Assembly: GCF_036588685.1 (NCBI RefSeq)
Contig: NC_086382.1
Coordinates: forward strand, 77,128,001-77,192,000
Origin: Mytilus trossulus
Lineage: Eukaryota
Length of the DNA: 64,000 nucleotides
Reading direction: 5' to 3'
The notes beneath the pieces were generated by a model, which searched no databases, was not told where the DNA came from, and worked only from the letters and a program-made list of their open reading frames with translations. Positions 12,024-24,381 of the stretch are shown here, piece after piece (positions within the stretch are counted from its first letter, which is position 1; each line of letters begins with the position of its first letter). A program made the translations under genes and the position numbers.

Positions 12024-15000
12024 CACTGTGTATCATCGCCACCGGAAATTGGGTACTAACGAAGCGGAGAGAAATAGAAAAAAAAGTAAACAAGTTAAGA
12101 ATTCATTCAATTTAAAGCATTTCCACTCATTTGATGAGGGTGCCGCTTAAAAAATGATTTTCTGATATATAATTCTTTAAATTATTAGGCAGATAAGTAC
12201 AAAATTAATACAAGATTTTGTGTAATACTCCAAAACTTGCCACTTAGTACCGGAAAATTTCGAGGTCGATCGTCCTCTGTGGCCCCATTCTTAAGATATT
12301 GAACTGTTTTTCATTATTTTTCCAGACACGTTTTTAGATTATTATAGTGTGGCATCATATTTACTGAAATTTGTTGTCAAAAAGATGTATTTTAAAGAAT
12401 ATAGACCATAAAAAACAAAGTCTAGGGTACGGCAACTTGCTCGTGTTGACAAATTTACTGTATGGCAACTTGTTTTCAACTGTAAGGCAACTTGCTAATT
12501 TTAGAATAATTATTTGCCGTCCTTTCAAAGAAAATAAAGTATTTAAAAGGTACCCTTTTAAGTTAAACTGTTTTTGTCCTTTTCAAGGTTAAACTTTGTT
12601 TAAAATTTTTATTTGACTGATAAATTTTAAAAACTGTTAACTGTTTTCGACCCACTGTCTGTAATCAGATTTTCTGTTTTGTTAAACTTTGCAATGTTGT
12701 TAACTGTTTATTTGAAATTGAGATTCCTGTTATCTGTTACTTTTAAAATACTTAAAATGTTCACTGTTTTTGACATTATTTTCTCTGTTAACTGCTCTTA
12801 ACTGTTTTTTACAAGAATCATTTTAAAATTTGCTGTCCGTCTCCTTCTTTACGTTGCTTCCGCAAAGGAGTGACATATTCAGCATATATGTAACTGTTCA
12901 TGTCTTTTAAAAAAAATTGAGTATAGTAAATCCTTGATAAAATTGAGAATGGAAATGAGGAAAATGTCAAAGAAACAGAAGCCCAACCAAATAGAAGAAA
13001 CATCCCAACGCAACGAGAAAATTATGCACTAGGGTGGATGTGAATTCACAGATAGGAAAACAACTTAGAACTGACACTCATAATTTTTAAACACCCTCTT
13101 TCCCTTCCTTTCTAATAAATAAGGCTTACTATTTGAGTTATGCATGTGTATATTTATGGAAAGAGAATCGTCCATATATTTGATTTCCAATAGTAATAAT
13201 GGTGAAATATAATCTTTTTTTTTGTGTTACCATGGCAACAATCAGCATTTATTTGATACCAAATATTGCAAAATAGGGGGTTGAACATGTCACAAAGATC
13301 TAAAAAGTTTGGTCCAAAGGAAAATTTCAATTTTCAATCAATAAAAGTGATACCTTTCCTGAAACCATAGACAAATATCTATCAAAAGGTTAAAAAAAAT
13401 CATATGCATTTCTGCTGTTTTTTTCCATAAATTGAATTGAAAAGATCGAGCGTCAAATCTTTGTTGAAAACAATACAAAATTTCTAAATCTAAATGTTCA
13501 TATAAACCCACTAGGAAGGCTATATTATTATTCAACTACCTAAATATCAATTCAATTGTACAAAAACTTTCATATTTAAAAAAATCACCATGGCTATAAT
13601 GCGAAACTAAACTTGTAACTGTGTATTGATATACCTGAAGCTGTCTCATACGTGAGCACTCATTTAACTACAAAAAGGGGGTAAAAGTTCAATGTTTGTT
13701 TCTTGAAACATATAAATGAACCAAAATTTAAAAAATGAAATAAATACAAGACTATATACAAATGTAGCAAAGGTTACGGACTCAAGTTGGGTCATGCAGG
13801 TGCAACAAATGCGGCAGTGTTAAACATGTTTAGGGATATCTCATGCCCCTCTTTATAAGTCTAACCAATGTAGTTATATATGCCTTCTATTTGTAATGTA
13901 TCCAAAACGTTAAAAGGAAAGGCCACTTCTTATCCAGCTAAAACCCTAGTCAGTCCTATGATGAAAATAATTCAGATGTATATATGGAATATTTGATAAG
14001 TTATATTGACCCAGAGTACCTGGACGGAATTGTGAAAAATAAGGTACCGTTTCAATTTGCAATTCGTAAAATAACTGAACAGTGTGGCCTGGTAGAAGAG
14101 GCCGACAATGAGGACTTGGTTCGCAAATTGATGTCAAATTTGCTAGTCTAAGACTTCGGAAATGTAAAGATGGACCAAGGCATTTTTTTTTATATCAGCT
14201 CAGAGTTCTTAATTGGGACTTGGAGATAAAAGAGCGCTTCAATTTGTGACAACTTATATGCTACTTTCTGATTTATACACTGGTTTTGATGATTTAAAAT
14301 AAAAGTCAGTAAACCTTCGTAATTCCTAATAAAATCATGAAAGCAATGAGTCGTATGAATACCCTGACTGAGATGTAACCATAATTTATAAGAGCCCCCG
14401 CCATAAAAAAAAATGTTCGCGCCCTATAGTATTCACTCATTCTATCTGTTTGTTACACTTTCCTACGTCATGACGATAACTCAAGTTTGCTACGACTGAC
14501 TGACATAAAACGTTTACTCAACAATATACATGACCAGAAGAAGCCTCCTTTTTGCTGTTTGAAGCATTTTCAATTATTCATGACATAGTCCTTTTTCTTG
14601 GAGTCAATTACTCCGTCTGCTTTTCCATCCGTTCAATTGTCTGTCCATGTGTCAAATAAAAAATATGGTACTTGCGTGTGTCTTCTGAAAATAAGTCAGC
14701 TTTACAAAAGATTCCTTATGGAGCTTGGCATTTCTGCGACTTTGTACAGTGGTTTTCAAGTTTTTGAATACATTGAAGATATGCACTTCCCCTTTTCATT
14801 GCTTTTGGGTTCGTTTGGAAAAAGGGTAAATTAAAGTTGCTGTTAACTCTTATCAGCATTTTAAATTTGTTGTTAACTGTTTTTGCCAAAGTCGAGGTGT
14901 TGTTAACATATTTTATCCTGATGGATAGTTATCTTATTTGCTATCATACCACATCTCCACTGTTTTTATCTAAAAAAAAAAAAAGCTAGCACCAAGAAAA

Positions 15001-15777
15001 GATGAATGGACGATTTATTTTATTGAACTTACACAATTTCAACCTAACAACAAATAAGACAACAGTCGTTAGTAGTATAACGATATATAAATGTATTTAG
15101 GATAATATGGTTGAAAAAAAACTTCTTGTACAAAATCGAAAAGCGGTACGCAACGAGGACTTCTGAACTAAATTAACGGCTTATATTTATATAAATGTGA
15201 CATTTTGTATATGTGTTAGCCTGTAAAGCTTTGATATCAACAATATATCGTCACTTGATATTATCTAAACAGTGATTAATTTCCTCTTAAAATTATAATA
15301 TATTGCAAGACGCCGTACTGACAAAAATTGTTATTTTGCAATTCGCCGTACAACGTCCTGCAATTCGCCGTACAACAAACAAACAATGTTTTTGTCCATA
15401 TTCTTTAAAAAACATGTTTTTGACAACAAATTTCAGGAAATATGATGACAGACTATAATAATCTAAAAACGTGTCTGGAAAAATAATGAAAAACAGTTCA
15501 ATAACTTGAGAATGGGGCCACAGAGGACGATCGACCTCGAAATTTTCCGGTACTAAGTGGCAAGTTTTGGAGTATTACACAAAATCTTGTATTAATTTTG
15601 TACTTATGTGCCTAATAATTTGAAGAATTATATATCAGAAAATCATTTCTTAAGCGGCACCCTCATCAAATGAGAGGAAATGCTTTAAATTGAATGAATT
15701 CTTAACTTGTTTACTTTTTTTTTCTATTTCTCTCCGCTTCGTTAGTACCCAATTTCCGGTGGCGATGATACACAGTG
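12024..15777. mobile_element. Non-autonomous Transib/RAG-like DNA transposon with ~390-bp TIRs
   Basis: Starts CACTGTGTATCATCGCCACCGGAAATTGG and ends ...GGCGATGATACACAGTG; 5-bp TSD AATAA (12019-12023 and 15778-15782). TIR similarity extends to ~12410 and ~15390, followed by subterminal TACGGC(A/G)A(C/A)TTGC repeats. No transposase ORF. Confidence 0.8.
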
Positions 15778-15919
15778 AATAAGTACGTCTGAGTCAGTGA
15801 CAACCCTACAACAGATGTATCCATCGGATCGCCATCAATGATGGTGATACTTGGCTGTGTACATAATGTATATACAACTCGTCTAAACATCAACCCAACA
15901 ATGTATAATATATATTTGC

Positions 15920-16620
15920 TTATGAATATCATTAAAATACAGCATAATCAATTATATATATAAAAAAAACATTTCTTCTGAATAAAATGCTATAGCAGGT
16001 TCTGGCGGCACTTCTAAAACTTTATCATTATTGAATAAAAAAATAACTTTTTATTATAGATCTGATAAAATGTTAAAATCCACATTAAAATTTGCAACTT
16101 CATAAAACAATATATGTCTAAGATCTTCATATAGTGGACATTTCAATAAAACATGTAGTTCATCTTTAATACTATTATTACAATAAAAAGTGTTTTAACA
16201 TGTTCTTTCGTTTATTTCTTTTCTTTCATATCTACCCGTTTCTATTCTAAGGGGAGCAATTCCACATCTAAATTTAGCAAAAGAACTTAAGTGGCATTTT
16301 ACATTTTAAGTAAGGTTCAGTACAATAATCATATTTGAATAACTTATAAGTTCTTAATTTATTACCTTGAACATACGCAGATACTCTATTACTCCACATT
16401 CTATTTTATATTTATCAAACATTCTCGTTTCTAATTGTACAAAAATAATACTCTTATTTGATACATTAGTTTCATAGTTACAATAATTATCAAAATTATG
16501 ATTTTTAAACATTTCTATACCTCTATAGCTCCAATTCTTAATTCTACCTCTACCTTTTTTACTTGACCATTTGAAAACCTTAAAATTTATTCTATCCTAT
16601 TTGAACATTTTTTCCAGTGT
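15920..16620 (-). mobile_element. Decayed LINE 3' fragment (same type as 3940-4915)
   Basis: Reverse complement of ~16225-16290 reads SSFAKFRCGIAPLRIETGRYER, followed by a decayed C-terminal finger (EDELHVLLKCPLYEDLR). Confidence 0.7.
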
Positions 16621-16644
16621 CTACATATGTAAATGCTCTTTTGT

Positions 16645-17188
16645 TCCGACCGGAAAGAACTAACTAGCCGAAAAGTTCAGGGGGAACTTATCAACTAGTT
16701 ACTTTGTTCCTTCCTCTGGTTTAAAAGTTCCACCGGAACAAACTGACTAGTTGAAAAGGTCCAACAGAACATATCAACTAGTTAGAAAGTACCTTTTTGC
16801 CAAATTCGTCAAAACCGGAACTAACAAACTAGCCCAAAAGTTCCAACGGAACTTGTCAACCAGTCTCAAAGTTCCGTTTGGAGAATTGATGCAAAGTAAA
16901 AGCGTAACATCTTATCTTTGTAAGTTTTCAAAGGGGGAAAAAGATACTAGCCACAAAAGTCAAACGGAACGTATCAACTAGTCACAAAGTTCCTCTTTGT
17001 CAAATAAGTCTATAAAGGAACTAACAAACAAGTCGCAATTACAAACAGAACTTATTTAATAGTCAGACAGCTACATTCAGAAAAAATGGCTACAATGGGG
17101 AAGAACATATCAGCAATGAACTTTTAAAAAACTGAACGCAGAGACGAAAAGACCCTAGCCACAAATGCCTAACGGAACTTATCAAACT
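16645..17188. repeat. Degenerate array of ~30-bp quasi-palindromes GGAACT-N4-AACTAG-N4-AAAGTTCC
   Basis: About 10 diverged copies (e.g. 16817, 16848, 16966, 17018); probably the subterminal array of a truncated DNA transposon. Confidence 0.55.
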
Positions 17189-17927
17189 CACCAAAAAATG
17201 AAAGACAATACAAACACATTGACGACATGTACAAGTTTTTTTCAATCATCAGTATCGGATACACATTTGTTACAGCCTTTTCATTTAATTTACGGTAATC
17301 CACACATAACTGATGATATAAATATAAGATGTGGTATGATTGTCAATGAGACAGTTCTAAAAAATAGACCTCATGATATAGAATTTAATGATCGTTTGTA
17401 TTGTACTAAGAGAATAGGAGCGGACCCTTCCCAAATTGATGTGTCTGTTCTTATGTTAATAACTGTTTTTCCACAAAGAGTTATCTTGTGTAGATATATA
17501 TTGAAGCAACTGCGCATCAGTCTTGTATAGGTTCTCGTCACAAATGAGTGACAAATATCAATACATGTATATTAACTCATCATAGATACCATGATTATTT
17601 TCTTTATTTACATCAGACGCGCATTTCGTCTACCAAAGACTCATCAGTGACGCTCGAATCCAAAAAGTTAAAAAGGCTAAATATAGTACGAAGTTAAAGA
17701 ACATTAAGGACCAACAATCCTAAAAGTGACGTAGAAAACCTTTGTATTTGAAAAAATCTTTTTTTTCTGGTTGAAGTCATCATAATTTATCTGAAGTAAA
17801 GCCACCAACATGAAATATTTTACATATGTGTATGCTGAATTTTAAAATATAATATCGATATTTCTCAGCTGATGATTGCACAATATAGTTCATCTGAACA
17901 CATTTAAAACACATGTGAAAAGGCACA
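17189..17927 (+). repeat. 739-bp direct duplication, copy 1
   Basis: Matches 28609-29347 (offset 11420) with about 4 substitutions seen. Confidence 0.95.
17611..17653 (-). ncRNA. Type I hammerhead ribozyme in a retrozyme fragment (duplicated at 29031-29073)
   Basis: GCGTCA-CUGAUGA-GTC(tttggta)GAC-GAAA-TGCGCG-TC^TGATG. Confidence 0.8.
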
Positions 17928-18207
17928 TATATACGAGAGTTGTGTGCCCTTAGAAAGCTAGTCGGTGATTATATCGGTGAGTGAAAAACTGCAAAAAACT
18001 GTGATTTAAAAGCATTTCATCAATTTATTCTTTCATGAATTAGTACAAGTGTCTCTCCGGATTATTAATATCAGCTGAAATATGTAAAATGTGACTCCGA
18101 AAAGACTTTTGATGATTGCATATGTTTTCAATACTTAACAATGATAGTGAAGGTTGAAATGTACTCACATTATATACTGTAGTTTTATATGTACAAAGGT
18201 GTAAATA

Positions 18208-19662
18208 ATGAGTACTTCGTCAAATACGACAGATATAACGGTCAATCATGAAGATATTCAAGGCAATGATGACTTATTTGCAGATGAAATCGAAAATCAA
18301 AATGATATAAATAACATTAATTTAACACAATCAATAACCGATAGTCAATTCAATGATGACGACATGTATAGAATTATCCAGACAAAGTTTGGTCAATTAG
18401 ATAGATATAATTTTAAAAGAGAATTATTACAAAATACTGACACAGATGATTTAAAACCTATCAGAAGCTCCCTTTATGAATTAACAAAGAAAAAGGAACA
18501 TGTAATATTAGAATCTAGACTCATCGAACGCACTCACCGTGAAAACGGACCGTCAATCGAAGAAAAGCTTTCTGATGACATTTACACCTTATTTAACTTT
18601 CTTGAGGGCAATCTCACAAGTAATGAACTGAAACCTTTAATTTCTCGAGGCAGACGGAATACGAATGCACATTTCGATACTGGCGATAACAGTGTACATG
18701 AGGTTTTCAACAAAATGACAAACCGTGAAACAAGCACCCAAGGCAATTCATATATACTTGCAACACTTCTCGAAATCAAACAAAGTTTCAATGAAAAACT
18801 TAAAACATTAAACGATAAAATCGACACAATAAATGAGAAATTCGAGTGTGAGATCAAGCGGCTTGCTAATGTGGTTCATGAAAAAGATAGACAAATGTAT
18901 TTATTAAAAACAGAATTGTATGATGAAAAAGAAAAAGTAACTCGCCTAAGGTCAGAAATCAAACTACAATCTCAAGATTTAAAAGACCAAGAAGATAAGA
19001 TACGCACGAGTGACTAACAAAGACAAAATGTTTTCAATAAAATAGTTAACCGACTAGAATCAATAGATGGTAAATGTAAAACACTTGGAAAAAAATCAAT
19101 GTCTTATAGTGAGGCTTTAAATCGAAGTGCTGATGAAAAAATACATTCACAGACGAAAACCGCTAACTCTGAACTTGATAATCATCAAAGTTTACATTAC
19201 GAAAACAACAGTATAAATAGCGCAAACAGGGATCATGTATATAATCAGGAAAACACAATGACAAAAAACACTTACGTGCATGCATACGCACGACCAAATA
19301 CAGTGGAAAGACCAGTTTCTACAGAACAGATTCAACAAATACAAACTCGAGTCACAAACGGAGATACAAGTGTATTTCGTGGTGTTGTAAGGAAACGTTC
19401 CAGAAGAATCGTACTTTACAATGTAACTGCTGATAAACCTTTCGAACTAGTTGATACTGCAGTTAGAAACTTTGCGTCAAGTAAAGGGGTTAATATAACT
19501 TTTGTAAAACTGCTAATAAAACGACAATACAAAGACATTGCAACATATACTCTTCGTGCTAACATCAACGAGAGGGACTTTGCTGCAGTAGAAAACGATG
19601 ACTTCTTTTGGCCAGAAGGCGTTTACTGGCGAGACTATATCCCACAAAACAAACATCAATAA
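18208..19662 (+). pseudogene. LINE ORF1 (coiled coil plus RRM-like C-terminus), one in-frame stop at 19015-19017
   Basis: ORFs 18208-19017 and 19099-19662 share one frame. Heptad region LKTLNDKIDTINEK; C-terminal RRIVLYNV...FFWPEGVYWRDY is typical of CR1/L2 ORF1. Confidence 0.8.
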
Positions 19663-20672
19663 CATTCATGTTCAATCTGTTATATATTGTATATTTTATT
19701 TTTCTCATGTTGTTACGAATAACAACATGGAATATGAGAGGCGCTATGTATGGCACCTCATATTTCGAAAACTTGCTTAAAGACTCTGATATATGTATTG
19801 TAACAGAGCACTGGTTAAATAGAACTAATATTACATTTTTATATGAGTTAGCAAATGATTTTCGAGTATTTTCATGCTTTAGCTCTAGTTCAGTAAATTC
19901 AAACAGAGGCTCTGGTGGAGTAGCTATTCTTGTAAGGAAAACATTTGGTTTTAAGACTTCTAATTTAATTTTTGATAATGACAGAATTTGTGCTGTCAAA
20001 TTATCCAAGCATGGTTATGAAAGTTTATGTATCATAGGTACTTTACTACCATCAACAAATCATTCAGCTGAAGAGTATTTACAATATTTTCAAACTGTGT
20101 GTAGTATTTATGATAGAATGTCAGTTGATTGTGTAACTGTAATAGGTGGTGATTTTAATACTGATATTGCAGTAACAAGTTTAAGTAGTAAATCAAAAAA
20201 TGTCATAGACTTCATTACAAAAAATAATTTATCTCCTGTTCCATTGATGTCCGGTCGTAAAGGCCCTGATTTTACATTTAGGTCTAAAGATATGACGCGT
20301 AAAACTATGATTGATTATATTTTCATTCCAGAATTCTTTTGTAATGGCTTTACAAATTTAGAAGTCAGAAATGACTGTCCATTTAATGTTTCAGATCATT
20401 ATCCTATTTTGATTTTCTTAGATATGAATTTGCTATGTAATACATCAAATAAATTTCATCTTTATCGTAAAGTTCTAATGTGGTCGAGATGTGATGAATT
20501 GGAGAAGAAATATTATCAAACAGAACTAGACAAATAACTAAATTGTGAAGTTTTACCTTTGAACTCGTGTGAAATAAACGAAAATTACATAGAACATATA
20601 AACTCAAATATTGTAAATGTTGTGCATATCGCTGCAAATTCTTGTATTCCCACTGGAAAATTTAGACACTAT

Positions 20673-21679
20673 TGTAACGTGTTTGGCTTATGAACTATAT
20701 GTTCGTATCCGTTTTCACAGAATCTGAGATACTCCAATATCAATCTTTCAGTTAACTCGAAAACCTAACTACAATTTGGAGGCTTGACTCAAAACTACAC
20801 CACCAACTTTGAAACTTAATAAAGGAATAACACTATTTACACAAACAACTTTGTATCAAAAAGTAGTCTGAAAACTATAACCTCAATTTATCCTTGATCC
20901 TTTCACCGACTCCGAGGTCCCAACTGATTTGACAAACAATTATATTAAATTTAAGAACAAGCTTCAAAACTCCTAGGTTCCTGAAACACCTAGTTCTGAG
21001 ACACCCAGTCTCTAAAACACCTAGTCCTGAAATGACTAGTCTCTGAAGCACCTAGTTCCTGAGACAACTAGTTTTGAAGCACCTAGTCTCCGGAGCACTT
21101 AAGTCACCAGATTATTACAAGCTATCTGTTCGAGGGACTGCGACCATTCCCGAGGGAAATTACAGTTTCGGAACAACGCGGTAGCTTGCAATAATTGTAA
21201 TACCTAGTCTCCGAAGCACCAAAGTCACCAGACTATCACAAACCACCTGTTCGAGGGACTGCGACCATTCCCGAGGGAAATTACAGTATCGGAACAACCC
21301 GGTAGCTTGCAACAATCGTAAAGACTTCAAAAACCGCTTGCTTCAAAACCACGACGCTTTCAACTCAACTAGGTTTACAAACTTCTCAATTCTAACTTCT
21401 TTATTTGCTGGTATTTTCTTCCCGATGTTCAACTATCAACGGCCAATTAATAAATGAGCGAACTTGCACCATGTATCGGTGTCTTTATATACCATGAGCG
21501 CGGACCTCGAAGAGAACACCCTAGCAACAATTAACGCATCTCATAACAACCGAGGATAAAAGGATGATTTGATATGTAGTTTTCGTTAACGTATTGTTCA
21601 AATGGGTAATTAATCATGGATTACAATTCAACGATAAATTACAAATATTATCTTATGCCTAAACTGCATTTTTGTCACA
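20673..21679 (-). repeat. 3' LTR
   Basis: Identical to 24404-25410 apart from two substitutions seen (21430/25161 and 21484/25215). Confidence 0.95.
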
Positions 21680-21830
21680 TTACCCACGCCTCCGATTTCA
21701 TGCGTCCTCGCATGACTTACATACTTTTATTTCCTATTTGTATCAGCACAAAGAATAAGTTTAAAAGGTCCCTAACAAATTTTGCCTCTGCAGCGGCCCC
21801 AAGGAGCCTACTCTTAACGAAATCTGCAGA

Positions 21831-21908
21831 AGGGGTCTTTTACATGCACAGGGCGTGACATGTCCCTGTACATGGGGTCTCGGATTTAACGTCCCCATCC
21901 GACGGACT
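21831..21908 (-). repeat. Nin/Deu SINE-domain-like segment in the LTR element's 3' UTR
   Basis: Reverse complement GTCCGTCGGATGGGGACGTTAAATCCGAGACCCC...GTGCATGTAAAAGACCCC resembles the Nin/Deu central domain as recalled (GTCYTTCGGATGAGACGTTAAACCGAGGTCC...GCACGTTAAAGATCCC). Confidence 0.55.
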
Positions 21909-21996
21909 CTACATAGATATATTTTTTACAACCCAATAGTTACAATGACAATAATATTTTATATAAAAAAAAAACATTGCTATCTGCAATCACTGA

Positions 21997-24213
21997 TTAA
22001 AGTTCAAACAAAGATTGAAATTCTTTCCGAATTGTTTCTGCGACCTCCTTTCTATTTAACATACTTCTAACAGACTTTATATATTTTCTGTACTTCAAAC
22101 ACTCTTTCTGACTTGGAGTCACAATTTTCTCATGTGTGGTCTTGCTTTCGCTAATTCCTTTCAGACACACTTTATCAGACGTCTTAACTTTTGTGTGAAG
22201 CACTTTATCATCATCTTCGTTTTCAGACCTGTCCCTTTCTGAAACGTCTATCATTTTCGTCAACTCTCTGTGATCTGACAACTTTGTCTTTTCACTGTTT
22301 AATAAGCATTCACTCTTGTTCACGTCTTCGTCGTTACAGTACGTGTCTTGCTCCCTTGGTAGCGCAACGATTTTAGTGTCATCATTTCTGTGAAGCCTTT
22401 TCATATGACGTCTGCGATAACTCGACTTTTTAAACGTTTTACTACACTGGTAGCAAGTCAATCCGCTTTTCTCTGAACATTTATTTGTTTTTACATTACC
22501 AACTTCAGTTTTTGGTAGAACAGATTTTCTACTGTTTCTAGACATCAGTTCCCGATTCGTAGGAGATAATTTTACAGTTGTTGCCACATATACCCTGTAG
22601 CAGCCGATCTGACCTTCAAATTGTAAACGGGTCTTTCTTCCGTTTACCCATATGTTACCTTTAGTGATATCGATCACACAACTGTGGCTCCTTTGGAAAT
22701 CTATTCCCAATATGCCATCTATGTTGAGGTCTGCTACTACAGCTATATTCGAATAAACATATCCATTTATATCAATGTCAATAATGGTCTTTCCAAATAC
22801 ATTTAAACGAGAACCGTTGGTAGTCAATATCTCTCTGTCCATTGGTGACAGGACATGCAAACGCATACTGTCAAATAATTTCTTTGAAATTAGAGATACT
22901 GTCGCCCCTGTGTCTACAAGCATCTTTGTTTTACAACCATTGACTTTAGCCTCTATAAACATACCAGCCTCATTTGCTAATTTATTTACTCCTATCACAC
23001 CGTTCTGTTTTTCGAGTGAAACTTCGGGACCGTTTTGGGAGTTTGAGTGTCCTCTTTTCACACTACTTTCGGGACAATCTATTTTAAAATGACCAAATTT
23101 CCCACAATTGAAACATCCCCGATTCTTGAAATGATCCCGGGTCTGCTTTAAAGCTTTAACCCCATCTTGCAAACCAGACAAAGCTGTCTGCATGTTTTTG
23201 AGAAGTTCAATTGTCTTGTCTTTAATGTCACTGGTGTCCCCGTCTTTGGTTATAGCCCTTGAATAGCCCTTCCCATTATCTTGCTTAATTTCTGCCTTAT
23301 TAAAAGCTTCCAGTTCAACAGCGTGTCGAATGGCGTCGTTCAAGTCAGAAGGTCGAGCTTGTTTTATTCTTAGCCTCATGTCTACACTCATTAGTCCGTC
23401 AATAAATTGCTCTTTAGCAAGTGTTTCTTTAACGTCAGTCGGGGCCGTGGGATACGCCAGGTTTGCCAAGCGCCTTACGTCCTGACCAAGTTCAGGAAGA
23501 CTTTCCAAAGCCTTTTGCCGACGCTCCCGTAATTGTGTTCGGTACAATTCCGTTTGATTGGCAGGCGAAAATCTCTCTTCAAGAGATCTGACAAGTTCTT
23601 TAAAATTTTGTCTTTTATCTGTGGGTAGATTTCCTAGTACCCCCTGGGCTTGTCCTCTCAATGAGACTGCCAAATACAAACCCTTTTCTACATCTGTCCA
23701 ACTATTTATATTTGAACATGCATCGAAATGAGACATGTAATCTATCCATGACCACTGGCCATCAAACGTAGCGGGCTTTATAATATTTTTGCTTTTGTTG
23801 TCTCCCCAATATGTATCTAATTTATCTTGTGGTTTTGGCAAATTTTTCTTTAACCTTTCAGTGACAAAATTTGTCTCAAGAACATAATCTGGATTATCTG
23901 TATTACGTATTGCAGGCCGTGGCATAACTTTTGTCTTAGCCCCTACCCCAAAGTGAGTACTTTGGAGTATGTTGCTGCCTGTACCAAAGTCTGGGTCTGG
24001 AATTCTAGCAGAAGCAATTCCAGAGTCAGATTGTCTTGGACGTGTTGCTTGACTAATAGGAGTTGACTGAGCAAAGTCTGGGGTATTTTCAAAACTCTTA
24101 TTTCTTAAGCACTCTATTTCCTTGTTTAATTTATCTAACTCCCTGGTCAAATTTCTTGTTTCGACACTGTAAGGGTTATACAACATTTTATCTTCTCTGA
24201 ATGTTCGGGACAT
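21997..24213 (-). CDS. Gag-aspartyl protease-C2H2 zinc finger polyprotein, 738 aa, intact
   Basis: Capsid-like KPATFDGQWSWIDY...LAVSLRGQAQ; zinc knuckle CFNCGKFGHFKIDC; protease LVDTGAT...ILGIDF; C2H2 finger CYQCSKTFKKSSYRRRHMKRLH. Confidence 0.9.
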   Translation of the reverse strand: MSRTFREDKMLYNPYSVETRNLTRELDKLNKEIECLRNKSFENTPDFAQSTPISQATRPRQSDSGIASARIPDPDFGTGSNILQSTHFGVGAKTKVMPRPAIRNTDNPDYVLETNFVTERLKKNLPKPQDKLDTYWGDNKSKNIIKPATFDGQWSWIDYMSHFDACSNINSWTDVEKGLYLAVSLRGQAQGVLGNLPTDKRQNFKELVRSLEERFSPANQTELYRTQLRERRQKALESLPELGQDVRRLANLAYPTAPTDVKETLAKEQFIDGLMSVDMRLRIKQARPSDLNDAIRHAVELEAFNKAEIKQDNGKGYSRAITKDGDTSDIKDKTIELLKNMQTALSGLQDGVKALKQTRDHFKNRGCFNCGKFGHFKIDCPESSVKRGHSNSQNGPEVSLEKQNGVIGVNKLANEAGMFIEAKVNGCKTKMLVDTGATVSLISKKLFDSMRLHVLSPMDREILTTNGSRLNVFGKTIIDIDINGYVYSNIAVVADLNIDGILGIDFQRSHSCVIDITKGNIWVNGRKTRLQFEGQIGCYRVYVATTVKLSPTNRELMSRNSRKSVLPKTEVGNVKTNKCSEKSGLTCYQCSKTFKKSSYRRRHMKRLHRNDDTKIVALPREQDTYCNDEDVNKSECLLNSEKTKLSDHRELTKMIDVSERDRSENEDDDKVLHTKVKTSDKVCLKGISESKTTHEKIVTPSQKECLKYRKYIKSVRSMLNRKEVAETIRKEFQSLFEL

Positions 24214-24381
24214 ATTTTGAAGAATAAATTAAACAATTAATTTTCCAAATATATTTTATGAAACAATTTGACAATCGATGTATTTACAAAACAGTGTGTT
24301 GCTTCTTGCAATAAAGGACAAATAGGAAATAATGACAATAAAACAATGTGATTATTTATATATAATACTGAAGTTTCTCAG

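Noticed and set aside
10856-12093. Lys/Arg-rich ORFs (EPKRTEKDRK repeats)
   Set aside because: Translations of the 10-bp subrepeats in the MITE TIRs.
13226-13240. Perfect X-box GTTACCATGGCAAC
   Set aside because: Inside a transposon with no adjacent gene start; no support for a regulatory role.
17165-17530. Duplicated 110-121-aa ORF (also 28618-28950) as a gene pair or as LTRs
   Set aside because: Lies in a mosaic of repeat fragments, has no recognisable domain, and the 739-bp block lacks TG...CA ends, PBS and TSD.
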